Assembly (NCBI GenBank): GCA_964431685.1
Contig: CAYSLA010000003.1
Location: 1 to 56,299, forward strand
DNA: 56,299 nucleotides
Source: an uncultured bacterium
GTDB taxonomy: Bacteria > Armatimonadota > UBA5829
Direction of reading: 5' to 3'
The notes beneath the pieces were generated by a model. It was given only the letters and a program-made list of their open reading frames with translations, searched no databases and was not told where the DNA came from. Of this stretch, positions 6,902-13,704 are shown in pieces (the first letter of the stretch is position 1; every line of letters begins with the position of its first letter). The position numbers were made by a program, and so were the translations under genes.

Positions 6902-7171
6902 CTATCCGGCCGTTATCTCCGGTATCAACCGCAGAACATCTCCTTCGTTTACCTCGCACTGTGCCAGGGTGAGGTTGTCCAGAAGATGCCTGCCGGTCGC
7001 TTTGTGCAGAAACTTATATGTGATTGGAACGCCGGCAGTGTTAACCACGGGCAGATATAACGCCTCTATGAGCTTTTCGACTACTCGCCCCACCGGGACA
7101 TCATCCGGAACAACTGCTTCCTGCTCCTTGCTTCCCGTGGTGTCTATTACTACGATATTGAGCTTTGCCAT
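6902..7171 (-). CDS. Ubiquitin-like beta-grasp protein ending in a free C-terminal glycine (…LRLIPEITAG-stop)
   Basis: 89 aa. The hydrophobic periodicity resembles ubiquitin (LNIVVID…, GDVLRLIP). The ORF terminates immediately after Gly89. A GAGG Shine-Dalgarno lies 7 nt upstream of the ATG. It is the first gene of the operon, directly upstream of the E1. Confidence 0.75.
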   Translation of the reverse strand: MAKLNIVVIDTTGSKEQEAVVPDDVPVGRVVEKLIEALYLPVVNTAGVPITYKFLHKATGRHLLDNLTLAQCEVNEGDVLRLIPEITAG

Positions 7172-7189
7172 ATGTTGACCTCTGAACAG

Positions 7190-7218
7190 ATTATACCCGA
7201 TTACGCCGCGACACTCAA
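7190..7218 (-). promoter_or_regulatory. Sigma70-type promoter of the Ubl-E1-RING-JAMM-E2 operon (TTGAGT-17 nt-TATAAT)
   Basis: The minus strand reads TTGAGTgtcgcggcgtaatcgggTATAAT. The -10 element ends about 18 nt upstream of the Ubl ATG, so the 5' leader would be very short. Confidence 0.6.
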
Positions 7219-7377
7219 CGCGCCGAATCCCGGCCGGAACGTCGTCGTGAGCAACCGCTTCTTGTGGTATCCACTACTGCGGTATTGAGGATTCGCGAGC
7301 ACCGGCCTGCCCAGCTGCCAGAATGAGTCGTACCGCGTCCAGGGCTTACTAACCGGTGGGAATTGTCTCTCCGCAAA

Positions 7378-7386
7378 TGGTATAAT
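7378..7386 (+). promoter_or_regulatory. Extended -10 element (TGGTATAAT) upstream of pstS
   Basis: Read directly. It is divergent from the Ubl promoter. No clear -35 element was seen. Confidence 0.4.
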
Positions 7387-7511
7387 GTGATTGCTCTCCA
7401 GCGTGGTAAGCCGAAATTGCGTCGCAGAGAACCGTGACTGCGTACCGGGTCACAGCGTGCAGAACAACTCGGCTTCTCACGAATGATACAAGCCAATAAG
7501 AGGTCCTGGCC

Positions 7512-8495
7512 ATGGTAACGATGGTTTGCGTTTTGAACCGTCAGAGGAAAGAAAGATTGGATAAGAAAACTGCTGTATCCGTTCTGCTGGCGGCACTGAT
7601 CCTGGCATCGGCCGCGGCGTCCACACCCCTGCAGGCTGCACAGCTTTCGGGCACACTGAGCTTGTCCGGCGCCTGGGCAATCTACCCGCTCGTCGTCAAG
7701 TGGGCCGAAGCCTTCAAGAAAGCGAACCCGAAAGTCAAGATGGACATCTCAGCCGGAGGCGCGGGCAAGGGCATGGCTGACGCTCTCGTTGGGGCAGTCG
7801 ATATCGGAATGGTTTCGCGCGAGGTGGATAAGACCGAACTTGCGAAAGGCGCGCTGCCGATTCTCATTGTCAAAGACGCGGTCTTCCCAACCATCAGCGC
7901 ACGCAATCCCGCCGTGAAACGGGCTGCCGCAAAGGGCATGTCGCGCAAGACACTCGTTGACATCTATGTCAGAGGTACGGTCAAGAACTGGCGCGACGTC
8001 GGAGGGGCCAACACTCCGATCCACGCCTACACTCGCTCCGATGCGTGCGGGGCTGCGTCAGCGTGGGCCGCCGCCCTCGGCAAGTTCAAGCAGGATGATC
8101 TGAAGGGAATTGGAGTCTACGGAGATCCTGGACTCCTGGCGGCTGTGGTGCGCGATCCGCTGGGGATGGGCTACAACAACCTGAGCTACGTCTTCACCGG
8201 CGACAAGGTAGCCAGGGGGATAGCGATCGTGCCAATCGACGCCAACAACAACGGCAAGATTGATGCTCACGAGCGAATTGACTCCCTGTCAAAGGCAGAA
8301 AGAGAGATTGCGAGCGGACGCTATATCGGCGCGCGCAGGGAGTATCTCATGACGAAAGGTAAGCCGAAACCACTCGCGCGCGCATTCATCGAATTCGCCC
8401 TGAGCGACGCCGGAAACAAGATAGTCAAAGAGGTCGGAGGCTACGTGCCGTTGTCCGACTCCGAACGTGCCCAGCAACTGCGAAAGATGAGATAG
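7512..8495 (+). CDS. pstS: Phosphate ABC transporter substrate-binding protein PstS
   Basis: Signal peptide (KKTAVSVLLAALILASAAAS). The PstS-type core reads SGAWAIYPLVVKWAEAF…ISAGGAGKGMADALVGAVDIGMVSREV. It is followed by pstC, pstA and pstB. Confidence 0.85.
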   Translation: MVTMVCVLNRQRKERLDKKTAVSVLLAALILASAAASTPLQAAQLSGTLSLSGAWAIYPLVVKWAEAFKKANPKVKMDISAGGAGKGMADALVGAVDIGMVSREVDKTELAKGALPILIVKDAVFPTISARNPAVKRAAAKGMSRKTLVDIYVRGTVKNWRDVGGANTPIHAYTRSDACGAASAWAAALGKFKQDDLKGIGVYGDPGLLAAVVRDPLGMGYNNLSYVFTGDKVARGIAIVPIDANNNGKIDAHERIDSLSKAEREIASGRYIGARREYLMTKGKPKPLARAFIEFALSDAGNKIVKEVGGYVPLSDSERAQQLRKMR

Positions 8496-8519
8496 CTCCG
8501 GAAGCAAAGGGAATCGAAA

Positions 8520-9440
8520 GTGAGTCTCAGGAGGCGGATAATTGAATTCATCGCAGGCAGGACAATGCTGGCGACATCGCTCTTCTCAGGGGCGCTGGTC
8601 GTCGTCATCGCGGTGGCTCTATATGTCCGCGCAAGTCCACTGATTGAATCAGAATCACTGTGGGCCATAGTATCCGGGGCTGACTGGAAGCCGTCGGAGG
8701 CCAGGTTCGGTCTGAGGCCGTTTATCATAGGCACTGCCTGGGTAACGGTCATCGCCGCGATTATCGCGGTGCCGCTGAGCATCTTCGCGTCAGTCTACCT
8801 TGCCGAATATGCCTCGCCAAGGACGCGTTCGTTTCTCAAGCCTCTTATAGACTTGCTTGCGGGAATTCCGTCGGTAGTTTATGGCGCGTGGGCAGCACTG
8901 GTGATCGTTCCGCTTATCGCCGACCATCTCGGGCCGTACGCTCAAGCCAATCTGAAAAGCGTGCCCCTGGCGGGAGCCGAATACGTAACAGGATACAGCG
9001 TACTGGCCGGCGGAATTGTACTCGCCGTGATGATCATCCCAGTGATAATCTCCGTCTCGGAGGAAGTGCTGCGAGCGGTTCCGCGCGACTATCGCGAAGC
9101 CTCCTACGCGGTAGGGGCTACCCGCCTGGAAACGATAACAAGGGTGGTGATCCGAAGAGCGCTGCGTGGCCTGATGGCAGCAGTTGTGCTGGGCATATCC
9201 CGGGCTCTGGGCGAGACAATGGCTGTCTTGATGGTAGTGGGGAACGTTGTGGCTTCGCCGAAGTCGATATTTGACCCGGCGTACCCACTGCCTGCTCTCA
9301 TAGCCAATAACTACGGTGAGATGATGTCCATACCAATGTATGACTCCGCTCTTCTTTGCGCCGCTCTGGTGCTGCTCGTGGTTGTCCTTTTCTTCAATGT
9401 AGGGGCGCGGCTTGTGCTCGTTAGCGGGATGTCAAGATGA
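8520..9440 (+). CDS. pstC: Phosphate ABC transporter permease PstC
   Basis: 306-aa polytopic membrane protein. The EAA-loop region reads EEVLRAVPRDYREASYAVGATRLETI. Position in the pst operon supports the call. Confidence 0.85.
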   Translation: MSLRRRIIEFIAGRTMLATSLFSGALVVVIAVALYVRASPLIESESLWAIVSGADWKPSEARFGLRPFIIGTAWVTVIAAIIAVPLSIFASVYLAEYASPRTRSFLKPLIDLLAGIPSVVYGAWAALVIVPLIADHLGPYAQANLKSVPLAGAEYVTGYSVLAGGIVLAVMIIPVIISVSEEVLRAVPRDYREASYAVGATRLETITRVVIRRALRGLMAAVVLGISRALGETMAVLMVVGNVVASPKSIFDPAYPLPALIANNYGEMMSIPMYDSALLCAALVLLVVVLFFNVGARLVLVSGMSR

Positions 9441-10286
9441 CGAGAAGGAGACTGCTGGACAGGTTGCTGAAGTTCGTTGCGGTGGCCTCGATGGGTATCG
9501 TGGTCGCGGTCCTGGCCGCGATACTGGTGACGGTTACTCTCAAGGGGGCCGGGAACCTGAACTGGTCGTTCATAACCCAGATTCCGAAGGGGGACTTACT
9601 ACACGGGCGGCGGCGGCGGAATCGCCAACGCCATCCTGGGTTCTATCTACCTGGCTATCGGCGCAACACTCCTTGCTCTGGCGATCAGCATGCCCACTGT
9701 GCTTTACCTGCGGACCTATGCCGACAGGAGCCGTCTCGCATCAATAGTGAGAGGTCTGCTCGATGTGTTGTGGGGGGTACCGTCAATTGTCTTCGGGGCG
9801 TTCGGGTTCACGCTGATGATCCACCTGGGCATGCGGGCATCGCTGCTTGCCGGCATAATAACAGTGGCGCTCTTCGAACTACCGATTATGATACGGGCTA
9901 TAGACGTAGTGATGAGAATGGTGCCGCGTGAACTGGATGAGGTATCTTATGGCCTCGGAGCCACGCGATGCGAGACGGCCGCAAGAGTAATTACTCGGCA
10001 GGCTCTGCCCGGAATAGTGACTGGAACACTTCTGGCTTTCGGGAGAGGGATTGGGGACGCTGCTTCTGTGCTCTTTACTGCCGGGTTCACCGACCGCATC
10101 CCGGAGAGCCTTACTCAACCAGCTGCGACGCTGCCACTGGCGATCTTCTTTCAGTTGGGGACACCTTTTGAGGAAGTCCATAGCAGGGCGTACGGCACTG
10201 CTTTAGTGTTGGTGATAATCGTGCTTGTGACGAGCGTTCTGTCGCGCATTCTCAGCGCTCGATTGGGCAAGTATGTGGTGAAATGA
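9437..10286 (+). pseudogene. pstA: Phosphate ABC transporter permease PstA, reading frame broken by a +1 shift at a G5 run (9589-9593)
   Basis: The N-terminal part (…[11 protein letters not shown]) is in the frame of 9437. The continuation [34 protein letters not shown]… through to the stop at 10286 is in the frame of the 9690 ORF. That second frame has a TAA at 9573, so the shift must lie between about 9576 and 9597. Removing one G restores …[12 protein letters not shown]…. Confidence 0.8.
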
Positions 10287-10295
10287 GGAGCGTTT

Positions 10296-11054
10296 ATGCC
10301 TAGCCCGCACATTACAGTCCGCAATCTCAATCTCTTCTACCACAATGCCCAAGTGCTTAGAGACGTCAGCGTCAGCATACACGCCCTGCACGTTACGGCG
10401 ATCATCGGCCCGTCGGGATGCGGCAAGACCAGTCTGCTGAAATGCATCAATCGTATGGCAGAACTCTCGGCGGCGGCGCGCGTGAGCGGCGAGATACTTA
10501 TCGGCGGCCAGAATATCTATGAAAGAAGTGTAGACGTCACGGCGGTACGCAAACGTATCGGTTTGATAGCCCAGAAGCCGACAGTGCTGCCGATGTCTAT
10601 CTTTGAGAATGTCGCCTATGGCCCCAGGATCTACGGCGCAGGGCCGAAGAAGAAACTGAGGGATACGGTGGAGAAATGCCTCAGGACGGTCGGACTGTGG
10701 GATGAAGTGCATACCCGGCCTAAGGACCCTGCCAGCAGGCTCTCAATCGGCCAGCAGCAGCGTCTGTGCCTGGCACGCGGACTTGCCGTGGAGCCCGAAG
10801 TTCTGCTCTTCGATGAACCGACTTCTTCGCTTGACCCGACCTCTGCTCTGCGCATAGAGCGGGTCATAACCGAGCTCAAGACCAACTACACCTGCGTGGT
10901 CGTCACCCACAATCTCGCTCAGGCGCGGCGGATCGCGGATCACGTTCTCTTTATGTCTGACGGCAAACTGGTCGAGCACGGCGCGGCGGATGCAGTGTTC
11001 GAGTCACCCCGCCACGCTCAGACGCAGGCCTACATTAGTGACGAGAGCCTGTAG
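10296..11054 (+). CDS. pstB: Phosphate ABC transporter ATP-binding protein PstB
   Basis: Walker A GPSGCGKTS, ABC signature LSIGQQQRL and Walker B LLFDEPTSSLD. A GAGGAG Shine-Dalgarno is present. Confidence 0.92.
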   Translation: MPSPHITVRNLNLFYHNAQVLRDVSVSIHALHVTAIIGPSGCGKTSLLKCINRMAELSAAARVSGEILIGGQNIYERSVDVTAVRKRIGLIAQKPTVLPMSIFENVAYGPRIYGAGPKKKLRDTVEKCLRTVGLWDEVHTRPKDPASRLSIGQQQRLCLARGLAVEPEVLLFDEPTSSLDPTSALRIERVITELKTNYTCVVVTHNLAQARRIADHVLFMSDGKLVEHGAADAVFESPRHAQTQAYISDESL

Positions 11055-11133
11055 GCCGATTTGTCCCTGCGCGTGGATCGCGTGGTAAAGAGTTAGAGCC
11101 AAGAGCTCGGATCGGAGTGGTGATTCGCTTTGC

Positions 11134-11173
11134 GGAGGTGACGCCTCCTCCAATCTTGGGGAGCGTCACCTCC
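11134..11173. terminator. Stem-loop (11-bp arms GGAGGTGACGC / GCGTCACCTCC) between convergent pstB and the dehydrogenase gene
   Basis: The inverted repeat was read directly. The loop is 18 nt and there is no strong T tract. Confidence 0.4.
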
Positions 11174-11215
11174 ATCTCTGTGTACGGAAGGTCCGGAACG
11201 AGGCTTCTGCGGCTT

Positions 11216-12274
11216 CTAAGCGTTGGCCACGTACTCGGCCACCAGATCTCCGACTTCGGTTGTGGAATAGCCCATCTTGCCGGCGCTCATACTCTTCAGC
11301 TTGCTGCCGGTAACGTGCGCCACGGCCTTGTCGACCAAGTCAGCGGCCTTGGCTTCACCCAGCGTTTCCAGCATCATCTGCAAAGCGCCGATTGCGGCGA
11401 GCGGGTTGATGACATTCATTCCAGTATACTTGGGCGCTGAACCGCCGATAGGCTCGAACATCGAGACTCCGTTGGGATTGATGTTTCCGCCCGCGGCTAT
11501 CCCCATTCCGCCCTGGGTCATGGCGCCGAGGTCTGTAATGATATCGCCAAACATGTTATCTGTAACGATGACGTCGAACCATTCCGGATTCTTGACCATC
11601 CACATAGTCGTGGCATCGACGTGCGCATAGTCAGTCTTGATATCCGGGTAGTCTTTGGCGACTTCGTAGAAGGTGCGCTCCCAAAGGTCGAATGCGAACG
11701 TCAGAACGTTTGTCTTGCCGCACAGGGTCAGTGTCTTCCTGCGGTCGCGCTTCCGGCAATACTCAAAAGCGAACCTAATGCACCGCTCAACGCCTTTTCG
11801 GGTGTTGATGGACTCTTGCACCGCCACTTCATCAAGCGTGCCTTTTTTCAGCACTCCGCCTGCACCCGCATAGAGCCCTTCAGTGTTCTCTCGGACCACG
11901 ACATAGTCGATGTCCGCAGGGCCCTTGTCCTTGAGCGGGGTCTCGACTCCAGGGTAGAGTTTCACCGGACGCAGGTTGATGTACTGGTCGAGGCCAAAAC
12001 GCAGAGCCAGCAATATGCCCTTCTCCAGAATCCCCGGTTTGACGTCGGGATGTCCGATGGCGCCCAGATATATGGCGTCGTACTTGCTCATCTCTTCGCA
12101 GGCGTTCTCCGGAAGCACCTCGCCGGTCCTGAGATACCTGTCCCCGCCCCAGTCGTAAGGTGTGACTTCGTAACTGAACCCGGTCTTTTCGCTCGCGACT
12201 TTGAGTACTTTCAGTCCCTCAGCCACAACTTCCGGGCCGGTTCCGTCGCCGCCCAACACTGCTATCTTATGCAT
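11216..12274 (-). CDS. Beta-decarboxylating dehydrogenase of the 3-isopropylmalate / tartrate dehydrogenase family
   Basis: 352 aa. Family blocks seen are IAVLGGDGTGPEV, LRPVKLYPG, VVVRENTEGLY, NMFGDIITDL and GSAPKY. A GGAGGA Shine-Dalgarno is present. Substrate specificity cannot be judged by eye. Confidence 0.8.
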   Translation of the reverse strand: MHKIAVLGGDGTGPEVVAEGLKVLKVASEKTGFSYEVTPYDWGGDRYLRTGEVLPENACEEMSKYDAIYLGAIGHPDVKPGILEKGILLALRFGLDQYINLRPVKLYPGVETPLKDKGPADIDYVVVRENTEGLYAGAGGVLKKGTLDEVAVQESINTRKGVERCIRFAFEYCRKRDRRKTLTLCGKTNVLTFAFDLWERTFYEVAKDYPDIKTDYAHVDATTMWMVKNPEWFDVIVTDNMFGDIITDLGAMTQGGMGIAAGGNINPNGVSMFEPIGGSAPKYTGMNVINPLAAIGALQMMLETLGEAKAADLVDKAVAHVTGSKLKSMSAGKMGYSTTEVGDLVAEYVANA

Positions 12275-12446
12275 TTGCTCTGATTCCTCCGTGCGTTATG
12301 TGATTCCGCGGCAAAACCACCTTCCGCGGTTCCAGGATGATACTTGCAGTGTATTATACACAAAATCGCCCGTTTTTTTCCATGTGCAGGATTTTCGGCT
12401 GTCAAGGACTAACAGGAAATCAGGCATACTTGAGGGTAAAGATCTT

Positions 12447-13409
12447 ATGAGCAAATCAACTCTGATTATCGACACTATCAGGATTATACGGGAGAATCCG
12501 GGCATAACGATCGACTCGCTGGCGAGAGAGCTTGCAAGAAGCGAGCGGACAGTATATCGGTGGCTTGCGGAGATATGCAGCGACCTGAAGACGCGAATCT
12601 ACTGCGAGGACGGCGGCTACTACATCGAAGATCGCGACTACAGCAGCGTGCTTGACCTCACGGCCAGGGAGTTGCTTGCGGTGAGGATGAGCCTTAAGGC
12701 TCCGGCGTTTGCCAGCAATTCGCCAATGTCAGATGCCGCTCACTCATCGTGGATGAAGATACGGGCGGCTTCGCATGACGCCAAACTGCAGAATGTCGAC
12801 AGGCTGTCGGCAATGCACGCCGTAGGCGCCGTGCCCCCATCCGAGGTGTCTGCGGATATAGCCGAAGCGCTGGAACGGGCAACGGCCCAGCGCCACGTCA
12901 TCAGAGTCACATACCGCTCTCCGAGGAGTGAGGTGGTCCGCCCCTACAGGTTCAGACCCTATGCGGTAGCATTCAGAAGGCACAGTTGGTACGTTGTGGG
13001 CCACAGCACTCACCACAGCAAGACGATAACACTGAAGATGGCGCGCGTGCACTCGGTAGTAGATACCGGCAAAGAGTTCGAAGTGCCAGACGAGTTCTCC
13101 ATCGAAGAGTACTTCAAGAACTCGTGGGAAGTGTGGGCTGGTGATGAGCCGGTGAATGTGCGAATCCGCTTTCCGAAGAAACTCGCAGCGATGATGTCGG
13201 AGACCAGGAGACACCCGACTCAGGTAATCTACCCCCAGCCTGACGGCAGCATCATCTTCGAAGTAATCGTCTCCGGCATTGAGGAGATCGGAACCTGGAT
13301 CATGGGTTACGGCGGCGATGCTGAGGTGTTGGAGCCGGAATCACTGCGTCAGCACGTCCTCGAAAAGGCGCAGGGCATTCTGGCACTCTACGCGGCTCCA
13401 CAAAAATAA
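12447..13409 (+). CDS. HTH-WYL-WCX family transcriptional regulator
   Basis: N-terminal HTH (IIRENPGITIDSLARELARSERTVYRWL). WYL core PYRFRPYAVAFRRHSWYVVGH. C-terminal WCX-like GTWIMGYGGDAEVLEPESLR. The start is taken at the ATG at 12447; the track ORF from 12201 runs antisense into the neighbouring gene. Confidence 0.8.
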   Translation: MSKSTLIIDTIRIIRENPGITIDSLARELARSERTVYRWLAEICSDLKTRIYCEDGGYYIEDRDYSSVLDLTARELLAVRMSLKAPAFASNSPMSDAAHSSWMKIRAASHDAKLQNVDRLSAMHAVGAVPPSEVSADIAEALERATAQRHVIRVTYRSPRSEVVRPYRFRPYAVAFRRHSWYVVGHSTHHSKTITLKMARVHSVVDTGKEFEVPDEFSIEEYFKNSWEVWAGDEPVNVRIRFPKKLAAMMSETRRHPTQVIYPQPDGSIIFEVIVSGIEEIGTWIMGYGGDAEVLEPESLRQHVLEKAQGILALYAAPQK

Positions 13410-13704
13410 GTCTGCATACAAACGGAGATACTGACACGTTCTGACAGTGCCTTTGTCTATCATGTATATATGGGAGACGATTGGTGAAATGAAGAACGTG
13501 GAGAAGACCATATCAGGTGACCTGGCCGAGTATCTTAGGCCTCGAAGAAATGTCGTGCGCCGTGTGCAGGATGCTGTTAGCGAGAGTAGCAGCCACCCGC
13601 CGGACGTGAAGAACCTCGAAGAGCATTTGCGGGAGTGCGCACGACGGGCGCTGCTTACCCCATCAGGCGACGACTAGCAGGAACTCAGCCTGTCCGTCAG
13701 ATCG

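Noticed and set aside
6897-6959. Longer E1 start (6959), and the TTG start of RING-A at 5713
   Set aside because: Both would overlap the preceding gene, by 58 nt and 14 nt respectively. ATG codons 5-7 nt after the upstream stops give compact coupled junctions. This is not proven.
9412-9747. Third-frame 111-aa ORF across the pstA frameshift region
   Set aside because: Its composition is unlike a membrane protein. The two other frames together reconstruct a typical PstA.
12201-12446. Upstream extension of the WYL regulator ORF
   Set aside because: It runs antisense through the 5' end of the dehydrogenase gene and its promoter region. The HTH begins right after the ATG at 12447.
13447-13677. 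76-aa (or 62-aa from the ATG at 13489) ORF downstream of the WYL regulator
   Set aside because: It has no motif and weak translation signals. It could be a genuine small protein, but the sequence alone does not support the call.
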